NCBI RefSeq assembly: GCF_009914755.1
Contig: NC_060927.1
Strand: one strand, 5' to 3'
Origin: the human T2T-CHM13v2.0 reference genome, Homo sapiens
Length of the DNA stretch: 64,000 bases
This document shows positions 14,249 through 30,202 of this stretch, piece by piece. A program made the translations under genes and the position numbers. Numbering within the stretch: the stretch's first letter is position 1; every line of letters begins with the position of its first letter. Below the pieces are notes generated by a model. That model did not search any database. It was given only the letters and a program-made list of their open reading frames with translations, and was not told where the DNA came from.

Positions 14249-15902
14249 AGCAGGCACTGATTTGATTTTAAAATTTCAAAAGTTTTTTTAAAAGAAGGAT
14301 AAATTCCTCTGATCAACAAGTAAAATGAATAAACATTCAGAGAGCAGCACAGTCTTTTATAGAGTGGAACACTCACCTGGTTGGTGCTATATATTCTGCA
14401 TTCTTTTTTGTTCAGAAGTGTCGAGTTGAGTAGGTTAAATCTATTTGGTTCTTTCCTAGTTGAAGAGTCACAGTAGACAGCAAAGAGGCAGCCATTTTCT
14501 GCAAAAAGTATCTGTAGAGTCAATAAGCGGGGTTCTGCGAGCACAAGGAGGAGCGCCACTTGAGAACCTATGGATTCTGATGAAGCAAACCTGGGAATCA
14601 CATAAAACCATTTAGAACACATTGAGCTCATTAGAAATCCTCTCATTCTGTAACCCTCATGGCTCTGAAATTTCCTCTGACTTAACAAATAAGGCTAGCA
14701 AATAATAAATTATGTTCACAGTACAAAGCAATTGAAAAAGCTGTTAATATATATATATAAATACCACAGATATATATTTATATTAAAAATATATTATGTA
14801 TATATTTGCAATTCAGAGACAAAGAGGTATATCCAGGTTTTTAAGTCCTGGAACTTACACAATTTTTCAGGCTCTGTTAAAAAAAAAAAATCATAACAAT
14901 AAAATGCTCTCACATGACCACTCAGCACCACCCTGCATAAAGGAAAGTATATGTGTGTTGGGTTCGGGGATGGGGCAGAGTGGAAAGATGTAGCAGTCTT
15001 AACCAATTGTGATTCAAGTTTTTTATTTTTGCAAATTTTGCAAAAACGTATAACCATCTGAACATTTTGTAGAACCCCTCTCAGGGCCTTGGAGAGGGTC
15101 CTGATGCCTACACTTTGCCAGCATTGCAGCCCTCTATGAAGAGCAGAGAATAAGGGAGTGTTGATTCCCATAAGAAATTTGTGGATATAAATATAAGTTA
15201 GTGGGGGACAGGGGTTGGCCCTTCACACAGATGTTAGTACTGAAAATAAAAAGAATATGCACAGAGGGAACTGCCTGTTGATGTAAATCATCTTCCATGT
15301 GTCTGGCACCCCGGGCACTGGTCACTCCCTGCCAGGGCCTGGCTCCAAACACATGACACCCTCATGAGCCATCTGCACGCTAAGGACATAGTTGCATCTG
15401 ATTTCTCTGAGAACCTGTCACTCGGAGCAGGGAGCTGAATGACAAGGATGAGCAAAGCACATTATTGGGCTCTGCCTTTAAAGGAAGTGGATTTGACTTG
15501 GTGAAAATATGGTTATACAGCATGTGATCACAACTACTTTTTTAAACACCCTGAAAGAAAATATAGAGAAGTACACTCAAATGTGCTAACTATAGATGTT
15601 AGAACTATGGGTGTTAGAACTATGGGTAATCTTTTTTAACATTCCCCTCACATTTTCTTTAATAAGCATATATTGTCTTTAAAATTGAAAATAAATTTCA
15701 AAAAATGTTTAGAAAAAAATGCATTAACTTTGTATATATGGATATACACAGGTATATGTATTAATTAATGCAAGCAATGTGCAGGAATCTGGAGAGATTT
15801 AAAACTTCCCATGGCTTCCAGTAAGAATATTTCACATGGCAGCTATTACCAGTGTGGTATGAGAATCAGAGAATCAATTAATCTCACTTTTGAAAGGGTC
15901 TT

Positions 15903-16408
15903 TGTATTAGTTATCTGTTACTCCATCACAAATTACCCCAAAACCTTGGCGGCTTAAAACAATAAACATTTATTATTTCACACAGTTTCTGTAGGTTAGG
16001 AACCTCCGAGTGACTTAGCTGAGTGTCTCAGGCTCAGGGTCTCTGATGGGGTTGCAGTCAAGCTCTGAGCAGGGGCTGCAGTCATCTGAAGGTTTATCCA
16101 GGGCTGGAGCACCTACTTCCAAGATGGTCATTCATATGGCTATTGGCAGAAGTCCTCAATGCCTTGCCACATGGGCCTCTCCATGGGGCTGCCTGACTGT
16201 CCTCACAACACAGCATCTGGCTTCCCCTGGATGGAATGATGTATGTATGAGAAAGAGAGAGAGAGGAGCCACAAGGTCTTTTGTGATCTAGCCTAGGAAA
16301 AGTCATACCATCATTTCTGCCGTATTCACAGACCAATCCTGATGCAGTGTGGGAGGGGACTACACATATCCAAGGCAGGGATCGTTAGAGGCCCTTAAAC
16401 ACCATCAT
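15903..16408 (-). mobile_element. MLT1 (F/G/H-like) MaLR LTR
   Basis: tgtattagttatctg...caaattaccccaaa...ggcttaaaacaataaacattt...gggctgcagtcatctgaagg. Confidence 0.85.
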
Positions 16409-16923
16409 GTCCAATCCCCATGGGATCCTTGAGAAACTAAAATTTTTCCATAAAACAAGAAATATTGAGATTGTTAGTCACAGTCATTTAAATCTATTAA
16501 GGAAATAGGTATTTGAATCCTATTTTATATTCTGACTCAGCAGAAATGGCTCTTCTGAAAATAATGTATTAGAGGTTATGAGTGTAATGTGACTTTAAAA
16601 TGTTAATTGGTTTTCACTTCTTGGAAAGTTACAAAATTTTATTTCCTTCCTTTTAGAGAGGTTTAGATAGGCAAAACAGATTTTTTTTTAAACAAGCCTT
16701 TGTACTTTGGTGGTATGGCTGCCAGGCAAAAACAAGTAAACAAACGAAAACCTTTTAGTGGTTGTTTTCAGCCTAGCTAGATGTCTAATTGATTTAAAAA
16801 CAATAATAATCTATCTCCCCCAATAGGTCAAATGTCTTTCTAATACAATCCATGGATTTCAACACATGGAAAAGGAGGCTTGTGAAATCAATATAGAAAC
16901 TATATTGTTAAAAAACAACAATT

Positions 16924-17062
16924 AGTCTGGGCACAGTGGCTCATGCCTGTAATCCCAGCACTTCAGCAGGCCGAGGTGGGAGGATTGCTTGAGCTGAGGA
17001 GTTCAAGACCAACCAGGGCAACATAGTGCGACCTTGTCTCTACCAAAACAACAACAACAAAA
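16924..17062 (+). mobile_element. FLAM_C / Alu left monomer
   Basis: Single monomer with ggaggattgcttgag...ggcaacatagtg and a (CAA)n tail. Confidence 0.9.
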
Positions 17063-17339
17063 TCAGAATGAAAACTCTGTCTGACTTGGGGGATTTTCTT
17101 TTTTAATAAATGAGTTTATTTGGTTAAAAAAAAGCATTTCAAATAACATCTTATGTATTTAATGAATTGCCTTTACTAAAAAGAGTAAAATTATATGAAA
17201 TTTGAAATGTCTTTAAATTAGAGACATAAGATTATAGAAATACAGGGCAATGCATCTTCCAGGCTGCTCCTCTTAATAAGAATAGGAAGAGGAAATTTGT
17301 CAGTGTTTGAAATTACCTCCAGACTCTTTAAGCAATGAA

Positions 17340-17423
17340 TTCTCCTGTATTCATCTTTGAATCCCAAATGCCAGCAGAGTGCCAGGCACAGAGAGGTCAT
17401 GAAATATTTGCTGAATGAATGAA
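17340..17423 (+). mobile_element. L2 3' terminus
   Basis: cagagtgccaggcacagagagg...aatatttgctgaatgaatgaa. Confidence 0.7.
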
Positions 17424-18038
17424 GAAGGGAAAAGCACTAGATTGTTTTGGAGAAATGATACCACTACAAAGCCCGTTCTCACCCTAATTTCCATTCCTCC
17501 CTTCACCCCCTATGTTCCCAACATCCCCTGACTTCAAAGAGAGTCCCCAGGAAGAGAGCTGGCCTTGGCATCGGTAAATCACCAGTTGCCCTAAGGGCTC
17601 ATGACTTGTCATCCCAGCAAGTCCAATTAATTCCCTGTTCAAACTGACATTTTAAATTCCGGTCCATAATACAAAAGAAAAATGAATCTGCCCAACTTCT
17701 TGTTTGGGCATCTATTATATTTTCAACGCCATCCCATAAATTCTATGCATTCACTCCCTCCCCCAGTGCAAGAATTAAACACGGATCTGCAGCCGGATGG
17801 ATTCTATCTCCTGTCTTTTATCCAGCTGGAAAGCTACTTACTAGTTCTTTATCGTCTTTTGGTAACAGATATTCTCCCAGGAATCTCCACTCTCGCTGTT
17901 AAACTTCCCAGCAAGTTCAAAGGGGCTCTCATCTCTCCAAGATCTGCTAGTTAACTTACTGCTGCTACATGGCATTGCCTTTGATAATTTAGCCCCTCCC
18001 AGAGGCTGATTTTTCTCCATCTCAGGATAAAATAAGGT

Positions 18039-18373
<335 letters not shown>

Positions 18374-21300
18374 TAAAATAAGGTTTTATCAAGCCGTCAA
18401 AGCCCTGGACTTTGGCACTGTTTTCAAAGGGTGTTAAAACATTCCCAAAGGATGAACCCTCTTGAACTAAGGAATCACTGAGGGGAAAGGAATGCAAGCA
18501 GGTCTGACAGGATCTGCAGCTTTCCCCTGATTTATTGCACCTTGCTTTAGAGGAACTAAATGCTCATTCTGATGAGTTTAGTGAATATGAGACACTCTCT
18601 GTGGATCCAGGATTTCACCATATGCTATTGGGTCATATGTCTCAAAACTCAGGTGTGCTCATCGTTGAACTAATAACCTCAGTTATTCATTTGGTTTCAA
18701 AATGCTTATCCTGGCACGTACAGTACTGTTTTCTTTTAGGGCTGAGATTTTATCTAACACAATTACAGTTTCTGATAAGCTATTCTGTGTTTAAAGCACA
18801 TATTTTTAAAAAATCAGAGGTCTGCATCTCCAAGCACAGGGCAGTCCAGGATAAATCAGACCCACTAAAAATATAAGGACTATAGCTGATCTTTGTATTA
18901 TTGTTGTTAGAAAGGTAATTATTCCAAATTGCAGAAAGAATGAAAATAGAAAAAAGAAAAATATGACAAGTAATTCTAGGCTATTCTTTTGATGTGTTTC
19001 CTTTTAGTCTTTTTAAAAAAAGATAAAATTTTGAATTTTTTTTTCATTTAACTTATCACAGATATTTTGCCTTTATTTTGCCAGTCTGCTTCATGACTAT
19101 GGCTTTTAGAGATCGCTTTTCAAAAGGACATGTTTTAGTGAACGCTATCAAGCTGGAAATTTTAAAAAGCAAGAAATCCAGATCATCACACATTTTTTCA
19201 TTATTTTTTAGTCATCAAATTATTTTTCATGTGTATTTCAGAGGATTGCTCTTCCAAGAAATACTCTGTAATACACTGTATGCATTTGAGAGAAAACTCT
19301 GAATTTGTTTTTAAAGTTTGTATATTCAACCAGGTATCAATGACACTTTTTCATCTTTTTTTTTTTAATTACTAAAGAATCCAGTCACATCAAGCATCAT
19401 GAGCTTCCAGAATCCTGAGTTCTATAGGAAACCAATTAGTTTGAACATCTTCCCCAAGGTATAAAAGTATTTCGCCAATCCCAATACAGGGTGAGAAGAG
19501 TTTATGAGAATTGAATGAAACAATGCAGATAGTCTCTCACCAACATCCCCCATAGCCTCACAATTCAAATGCAGCATTCCACTTGCTCGGCTTTAAAATT
19601 TAATAAAGAAAAGTAAAGCGATGGGTTGGAAGATTTTGGAAATTGAGCAAAGATGAAAGAGGCAGTATTGTACATTTGCGTTTCTTTTATATTTGATGTC
19701 CTTCCATGTTAGGGAGAAAAAGAAAATATGCAAGAGTACGAAGGACAATGTTTTTAATAAAACCTTGGCTGCTTTTCTGTAAGAATCGATGCAAGTAATT
19801 TTATCTCTTTAGGGGTGGTTTTCAAAGCAAGGGGAAGAAACAAATTGACAGGATCTCATAAGGTACTTGGGAAATGCACTCTTTTTGTGCTTTATTTAAC
19901 TTAGCTAGGGAAAAAAACTACGTGAAAAGGCAAGATTTCACTCAGATCTAGTTCTGCTTCATATGACTTAGAAAGGAAAAAAAGGAAGAAAGGAAGAAAA
20001 AATCCCTCTCAAACCTTATGCCCTATATCATAGTGTTGTACAGATGACTTTTAAAAGGATAATAACATATTTCAGTATTTTTTAAACTGAAATTTGACTA
20101 ACTGTACAAATTTGGGTTGTGGGTTCTTTAACGAAGGAAGATAATTATATTTATATTTTTCTGACATGATATAAAAACTTAAGTCAGCATAGAGCCCCTG
20201 CTGTCAAGCTAGGCTGCCATTTGAGCTCCTAAGGAAGAAAATCCTTGGGAAAGATTGTATTTTATAGTCCTGCCCTCAGCAATTCAGCTGTGCTTCATTC
20301 CAAGACACATTTTTGCCTTATGTGCCATAATAAAAGCAAACCTTCTTGCCCCTTAGAGGGGCACATTTAGAAGATCAAGAGGAGAATGTACTTGGGCCAC
20401 AGTCTCTCCTAGGACGGCTGCAAGGCAAGCTGTAATAGAAACCAAAACAGGGCACATCTAACCGGTTCTGGGTTTTCTCCTGAAGGCAGGATGTAGACCA
20501 GGTTTTTTGCAAGGGTCACTGAAGTTTGCAAAACTTTTTCTGCTCCTGGCTGATTGAGCGAGCCAGAGCCAGCTCATAGCTTGGATTGGAAATCATGTGA
20601 AACTCATTTATGCCATTTTGTATTTTCTCTCTTTAACTCCCTATCAGACATTGAGCCGAGTTTGCATCCGAGTCTGGAGTTGGTTTACAAGCATACTGGA
20701 AATAAAACTCAATTGGGAGTGAGAATCCAGGTGAACCGAAGTAAACGTGAACTCTTTGTGAACCAAATACTACTGTACGCCTCTTCAAAGCCTACAGGCG
20801 CCTGAAAATCTCCCATAAATCCAAGCTGCATTGAAAGGATTTGCTCCAAGCCTTCTACCAGTAGCTTGCATCCACATGCATCAGATTCAGCTGTCTCCTA
20901 AATCTGCAAAGTGTTATCTGCCTCACCGTGCACAAACTACTGTCCCAAACTGTATTCAATCCAGATGGGAGGTTTTGTCACTTCCTGACTTCCCTTCCAT
21001 TGTAAGGATGAATATTTTGAAACCAGGCAACTAGGAAAACCATACCCCACTAAATGGGAGCATATACTATTTAGGGAAAACTTTCTAATTGTCCCCCAGA
21101 AAATGAAGAAATTATGCTCTTCTTGTACCCTGATTGTACAAAATGTTCAGCTCCCTGGGATATGCACCAGATCACATTCACAAGAGAACCTACCATGGGT
21201 GTGTCCAGCGTCACGCACAATTCTCAGTGAAACAGCTTAATCTCCACACTTTTCTGTCTCACAAGCAAATTAGGATGCAAGTGAGGTTGAAATTATCACA

Positions 21301-21899
21301 GGAATACATGTTATCCTATTTTAAAAAATAATTTTCAAATGCTGGCACTTCACTATTAATAACAACAATTTACTTGTGACAGCTGATAAGACACATTGAT
21401 ATTTCAATCCTGATTCACTCAGACCACCACCACTCCTATAAGTACCTCCAATCAGGGAACTTGTCAATCATAAAGTGGAAGTTGGTTTATGTTCTATTTC
21501 CTCCTCAGGGACAGGGCCCAAGTCTTGATCATCACTTTACATAAATCAGTGCCCAGGCTATTGCAGGGGTGCAATAACACTTATGTAAACCAAGGGAAAG
21601 GCACATAATATGCCTAGAATATCTCTAGAAGGATCCTCCAAGAAACTGCTAGCAGTGATTGTCCCTCAACAGAGAAACTAGGGGTTGAGGTGAGACACTT
21701 GATTTCACTGTTTTTGTTTGTTTGTTTGTTTGTTTGTTTACTAATTAAACTTTTTACCCAGTATTTTGTATTTTATTGGGTACATTAGAATATTTATTGA
21801 ATGAATCAACACATAGATGAACGAACAAGCTATATCCAGGAACACAAGAGTTGACGCCCAAATATTTTTGTCTGTACCAACTTAACAGCAGTGGCTTTT

Positions 21900-22090
21900 T
21901 CCAACCCGAAGTTTCAAATCCTTCTGGTGACTCATGTCAAGTTGTGTGCCAAGTTAAGAGAGTGCTGACACTCTGACTCAGTGTGTACAGAAATTCTTGG
22001 CCAAGGAGGAGACAAAGAACTGTCACAAAGGCTAGACTTTATTGGTTCAGTTTTGATTCATTAATCAGAAGTGGAAATGCTCACAGTTTT
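21900..22090. promoter_or_regulatory. Candidate AP-1 enhancer
   Basis: TGACTCA at 21928-21934 and 21974-21980 plus TGCTGAC, in non-repeat sequence; motif evidence only. Confidence 0.3.
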
Positions 22091-22254
22091 TCTCCATATT
22101 AGATGTTGCTGTATCTTGTCTGTGAAGAGCAAGCGTGGTTACTTCTCAAGATAAAGCTCTATCCAAGATCCAGAAAAATGGCAATTCTTTAGAGAAAAAA
22201 AATCCATTTATCTCATGTCCCTAGTTTCATGTCTCCTTTCAGCTCCAGAGAGGT

Positions 22255-22450
22255 GGCTTACTGCAGTGAATTGAAGAGCACTGGCTTTGGGATCAGGCAG
22301 AACTGTCTAACTATCCTTTGTCTCAGAATTTGCAGTTGTATATAAACTGGGGACAAAGGTACCTACCTGACAAGGCTGCCATTAGGCTTAAATTAGCTAA
22401 TATATTTAAAATCCCTGTAACATAGTGCTTAAAAAGTGGTAGCTATTATT
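22255..22450 (+). mobile_element. MIR
   Basis: gaagagcactggctttgggatcagg...gtacctacct...aagtggtagctattatt. Confidence 0.7.
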
Positions 22451-24257
22451 CCTACCGTAAAATAGTTTTACAGCCCTTTTCATCCTTTAAATTGACTGAG
22501 AATCAACACCAGTCGTTGCTTTAAAACAAAGCTTTGAGGCTTTAAGTCTTACCTATAAGGTGCCACTACATTATAAGCTTAAGAACGTTTTGCCTCCTCC
22601 CATAATAAAAATATTCTGTGGTGTTTTTGACATGTTACTTCTTTTGCCTACAGTGTAAAGATTAGGAATAAGCTTGCTATTAATACTTCCAATATTCACT
22701 GTGTCATCTGTCTGACTGTCATAATCCTCAATCAATCACCTTTGTGCTAGCATCACTTTTTATCCAACCAGGTCAAGATCATGTAATTTGACGGCTGCTT
22801 AGGAATTTGTCAGCACTGTTATTTGAAGGGTGTTAGAAAGACACTGGCACTACAATCAGACTCTGTAGCAATATGCCATGCCAAAGGAATTTTTAATGAG
22901 GTGGATTTTTTTTTTGAGTTGGGGGATCCCTTGTCCCCAACTCAAATTCATGCTTCAGTCTGGTTCCAAAAGAAACCAGACTTTTTGGAACCACAATCCC
23001 CAGATTCCTCAATGTTTGGCAAGTTTGCCAAGAGGTTCAAGCTGCCCTCTAGCTCATCTGGCTGCTGCTCTTGCCCAGGCTGTCTGATGACTTGCTGGGC
23101 CACCAGGGGCCCTGCCTTTCCCAGCATGGAAGTATGTGACTCTCCCCACACTCCCTGCGCCAACAATGCCAAGAATCAGAAACAAGGGCCGGGAGTGTTA
23201 GCAGGCCCCGCATGAGTGGCAGCTTAGAGGGCTTGCATTGTGCTTGGTGCACCAAGAGCAGATTGTTATTCTGCAGGCATGAATTAGAGCCTGGGCAGAA
23301 AGCACCATGGTCTTGCCCGGTGGTGTCTTGCTGCTGCTGGAGAAGTGAGAGGGCTGTGGTTGTACAGAATTTCTGCAGGCCATGTTCCAGGAATTGTCCT
23401 TAGAGGGCTCATCAGAAGTGGAAACATTTGCTTCTTGAATTCCAAACACCCTGAAATTCCATTAGTCTATTATTTTCCCCCTACCTTCCCCACTTCTCCT
23501 GCTGTGAAATGGCATCAATTCATTAACTCTGCTCAAAGGCGATTGTATTCTCATGACTTCAATGTATCATTTTAAATTTTTTATATTTTGCATAAGCTTT
23601 ATTAAATACGTATCTAAGTTGGAATGATTATCCCCACTGTCTGTTCAGTTGTCATTCAGACAATACTTCCTGGCAGGTTAGCTACTACAGATTTAGCATA
23701 GTTACTGAAAGAATGAAGATGGTTGGATTTTATAGACCTTTTTGTAGACTATAGGGCTCTGAGGCGTCAATCCATGCAATGACTGCCTCTTTCCTCCAGG
23801 TATTGAAAAACACAACTCTTCGTGCTTTCTGACTGGCATGAACCCATAACAACTAGATTTAATTGTGTAAAAGATCTCAACTTCAAAGTCAGCTAAAAAG
23901 GCCTACAAAACCATCCATTATACTGCAAAGTTAAACGATCACTGTTTTTCAAAGTCTTCCTGATTTCTCTGCCAACAGAGATGTGCTAGAACCAATATTA
24001 CCCTGTTCTGGTGGTGGGGTGCTGAATGGCTTTGCAACAACAGAAACTAAATACATCTGGGCAAACTGAATGGCAGGAAATGGTGACCAATGAGATTTGC
24101 AGAGACCATTTGGGGGGAAGTTTTTAAAGGACTCAACATGCATATATCATCTCCCCTACCTCACCCTTCCTATTCCCCCTGCCCTCACACCCTCACACTG
24201 CCAAAGTGGAATTCAGTAGCATTGAAGGAATAAAAATATCCAGTGCAAAGGATTTCC

Positions 24258-24535
<278 letters not shown>

Positions 24536-26037
24536 ATTGCAGAGGATTTTCTAAGATGGAGTCTGCAGCATTTTCCTTGGGGGGTCATTTACTCACTCCT
24601 GCCTCCCCAACCCCTATTCCATTCTGAGCCTGGAGTATCAAAGATACCAAAGGTATTGAAACTCTCCTCACACTAACTTATACGTCATGCGTCAGCCTCA
24701 CCATTGCTGGGTGGGGATGGCAGGGAAGTATGCATGAATTTCTCTGAACCATTTTTCCGGTTCAAGCAAAAAGCAAAGGAAATGAAGGAATCTGTCTCAT
24801 GCACAAAGCACAGACTATGATTCTCCTCTAAGACATGTGCCCACAAGTAGACTATCATTATTTGAGGTAACCTTGAGTATAATTAAAAACCTTTCAGCAC
24901 TCTAGTCATATTTCCTGTCACAAGGACAAGATGATACACTGAGAACTGATCAGGCTTAACTGTACCAGCAATGAAAGTAAACAGGGCATTATATGAACAT
25001 ACTCCCCTGTATATACAATTGTGTATTGGCAAAAATTAACATCCTTCAACCACTCTTGGAAAATATACTTTATTCAAATGATTTTTAGAAGGAGCAGAAT
25101 TAGGGAGATGTAGAAATCTTTCACTCATGCATTTGTGATCAATATTTTTTGAATACATAATACAGGATACATACACATTGTTGAGGAAATGAATAAATGG
25201 TTTCTATAACTCCCCATTTCTACTCCTAAACTTGTACACTTTAGTGGCCCAGTATTTTAGAGTAACATTGACAATCAGGCTCAATCAAAGGAAATGTAAT
25301 CATAGTAGTAGCAGATTTTATTCTCTCTTTCTTTCTTACACAGTGCAAGAAAAAAATAATGTGAAGACTGGGGGAAAAACTGCTCCATGTAGCTTTTGTC
25401 CAGGAAGCCTGATGTGTGTTTCTTATGGCCTTCCCTCCCCTATTTAACTTGGATAAAGATGGCCTCTTTTGAGAAAATTCACTCACCAAAGCTCTAATGC
25501 CCGAGCTTATAAAAGGAGAGCTATATCACAAGTGGAAGATGACAGAAGAATGTTACTAAGAGCACCAGAGTTTCAAAGCTTCGTCCTTCCTCTGCCAGTC
25601 TGGAATCCAAATCTGGAGCAACATGCTTTTGCTTGCAATGTCTTCTCTTCAAAGTAGGAAATGAAATTTTAAAAACAAGTGAACTAATCAAAGGTGGGAT
25701 TTACTTGTCTGCTTTCAAACTAACAGATAATAATGATTCCTTCCCTCAGACGGCATTTGAAAAATTGCATACAATTAAAAAGACCATGTATTTACCACTT
25801 TTGTACTTTATCTAATAGTTAATGCCAAAAGGTATTAGATCTGATAACAATGACTATTACTGTACTATTTTGTAATATTCACTGCACATTCAGTATTTTA
25901 CTAGTTGGAAATATTAATAGTATTTTAAAAGCATGGTTCCTACCTTGATGGAGTTCACCTGATTGGAGAAAAAAGGTATTATTTGCTGGTAGATGTGTGA
26001 TTATTTACAATGACTCATATTACTCATATTCTCTATT

Positions 26038-26305
26038 CTGAGCTCTGCCACCCTACTCTAGGTAGCCCTAAGCAAATTATTTAAATCTCCCCAATGCCTC
26101 AGTTTTCTCATCTGTAAAATAGAACTTTGGGAGGTGATGAGGGTTAAATGAGGTCTTGAGAGTGGGCCCCTGGTCCTATGGGATTACTGCCCTTATAAGA
26201 AGAGACACTACTCTCTTTACTTGCGCATACACCAAGGAAAGGCCACGCGTGCACACAGTGGCCTTCCTCAGCTATTCAGTGAGAATTAATTAATGTTTGA
26301 GATCT
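26038..26305 (+). mobile_element. MIR interrupted by a 136-bp MLT1A-derived insert
   Basis: ctctgccac...tgcctcagttttctcatctgtaaaatag, then the insert, then ccttcctcagctattcagtgagaattaat. Confidence 0.7.
26125..26260 (+). repeat. Internal MLT1A fragment, inverted copy of 28067-28196
   Basis: Manual alignment to the reverse complement shows 5 substitutions and one short indel block; no LTR termini. Confidence 0.9.
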
Positions 26306-26470
26306 TCAGATAAAAAGACTCTCTGGATGTGCAGAGGGCTATTACACAAACAATAAAACTGCATTTATACACCACTTGGCATGATTCATACAAAAAGAAA
26401 CAAATTCCTGCAAGCTCTGCGTTCTGTCAAGACCAGGATATACATCTGTCCATTGGTGGTGTTAAGCCTT

Positions 26471-26775
26471 AGACTCTGTCCAACAGAAATATAACATAAC
26501 TCACATATGTAATCTTAAATTTTCAAGTTACCAAATTAAAAAAGGAACAAGTAAATATATTTTAATAACATATTTTAGCTTAATATATACAAAATATTAT
26601 TTCAACATGTAATTAATAAGCAAATATTAATGAGTTATTTTACATTCTTTTAACTGTTTTTGAAATCTAGTGCATATTTTACACTCACATCTCAATCTCA
26701 ATTTGGACTGACCAAATTTTGAATGCTCACAGCCAATTGTGGCTCTAGTGGCTCACCTATTGGAGAACACAAGTC
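26471..26775. mobile_element. MER33-like hAT-Charlie MITE
   Basis: ctgtccaacagaaatataa...aaaatattatttcaacatgtaat...catctcaatttggact...tattggagaacac. Confidence 0.75.
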
Positions 26776-27898
26776 TAAGAGTTTGCTCCAGGCTGTGACA
26801 TCCATTCATCCACGTGCTGGTTTCTCTTAGGTGGATAGGTTGGTAGAGTCAACTTTACTCCATTTTCATCCCATGTACTGTTGGGCTTCAGCGCTGGTGA
26901 TACTAGAAAGTCCTTGTTTCCAGTAGCACTCAGGAGATTAGCAAGATGGCAATGAAGGATGCTCCAGAGAAAATAAATAAATAAATCTCCCCCACTTCTT
27001 CTATCCTTATCCTCACAGAGGGATATCTTGAGACATTTATGGCAAAGTCCCTCTCTGTTTTCTACCATGACCCCCAGAACACACTTGGCATCCCGCAGAA
27101 AATACACAGAATCACAGCATCACCCCTGAATCTCCACTTAAGAACATTATGTCAATTTTAAGTGGTTCCCAATAAACTAGAGTTTGAAGTGCAATAAACA
27201 AAATATTTTTTGTTTTGCTTGTTTTGTTTCATTTCATTTCTTTGGGGGGCAGTGGCTGCCATTGTTGGATTTTTGGATTTTTCAGTTGATTGGTAGTTCT
27301 TTTAAAAATATCTTTTACTACATAAAATTATTAAGGATATGACCCATTCTCGATTTCAGCCTTTAAACTCATTTGCTTTAGACAAACTGTAACTCAAAAA
27401 CAATTTTTTTTTCAAAGTTAATTTGAAGCAGCCAAGCCAAAACATAATTTTACATAATAGCTTGCAAAGTGCAAAATACTCAGAAAAGAATATGCCTTAC
27501 TTGGAGACATGTTGGCCATTTCACTTTTCTCACTGATCATTGTTGAGAACCTCTGTCCTTGCTAATCTCCAAATTTCACATTGAAATCCTATATCTTGCC
27601 GTTTCTACCTGAGCCCAAGTCTTGAATGCTGCCTAGTCTCCTGCCCTAAGCTTGTTATCTGTGACCTTCTTCACAGAAATTACTGCATTATCTTGAGGTC
27701 ATCAAATGTTTATTGAACATCTCCTTTGGGCAAAACCTTGTGCAGGGCACCACAGGGAATGCTAACATAAGTATAAGGAAAGACCTGCCTTCAAGCTACC
27801 TATAAGGTGGAAGAAGTGATAAGAAACATATGCTAATAAAGAGAGTGAAACAAAAGACCAACCCATAGGAGAAATACAAAGAACCCCTTATACAAGGA

Positions 27899-28288
27899 TA
27901 TACTAGTCAGCTCAGGCTGCCATAATAAAATAAAATATCATAGACTGGGTGGCTTAAACAACAGAAAGTTTTTTCACAGTTCTGGAAGCTAGAAGCATCA
28001 GATCAAGATCCAACAGAGTCGTTTCTCTGAGGGCTCTCTTCTGGCTTGTAGAGACAGCTGCCTTCTCACTGTGTGCTCGCGTGGCCTTTCCTTGGTGTAT
28101 GTTAACAGAGTAGTGTCTCTTCTTATAAGGGCAGTGATCCCATAGGACCAAGGGCCCATTCTCAAGACCTCATTTAACCCTCATTACCTCCCAAAGGCCC
28201 CATCTCTAAATAACACAGCATTGGGGATTAGGTCTTCAACATATGAATTTGGTGGGGTGGAAGAGACACAAATATTCAGTCCATAACA
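27899..28288 (-). mobile_element. MLT1A/MLT1A0 MaLR solo LTR within an antisense L2 fragment
   Basis: agtcagctcaggctgccataa...ggtggcttaaacaacagaaa...tcttcttataaggg...aatattcagtccataaca. Confidence 0.9.
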
Positions 28289-28499
28289 AAGAGTGTAAGA
28301 GTAAAGAAGCCCTACCTAGTTGGGTTGATAAGCAAAGCTTTTATAGTGGAGATTGCACCTAAGAAAGCTATTAAGGTGCCCTCTCTTCTGAGTACTAACA
28401 GACGTCATGCATCAAGGGCCAAATAGATGAAATAGCATTTGTACATCAGTGCAGCTATTTCTGATCAACCTCTTACCCTGGCATTTTGCTTATGTGGCC

Positions 28500-30202
<1,703 letters not shown>

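Noticed and set aside
23095-23115. CTCF-like GCCACCAGGGGCCC
   Set aside because: It mismatches the critical GGC part of the core; similar weak matches near 20350 and 43497 were also dropped.
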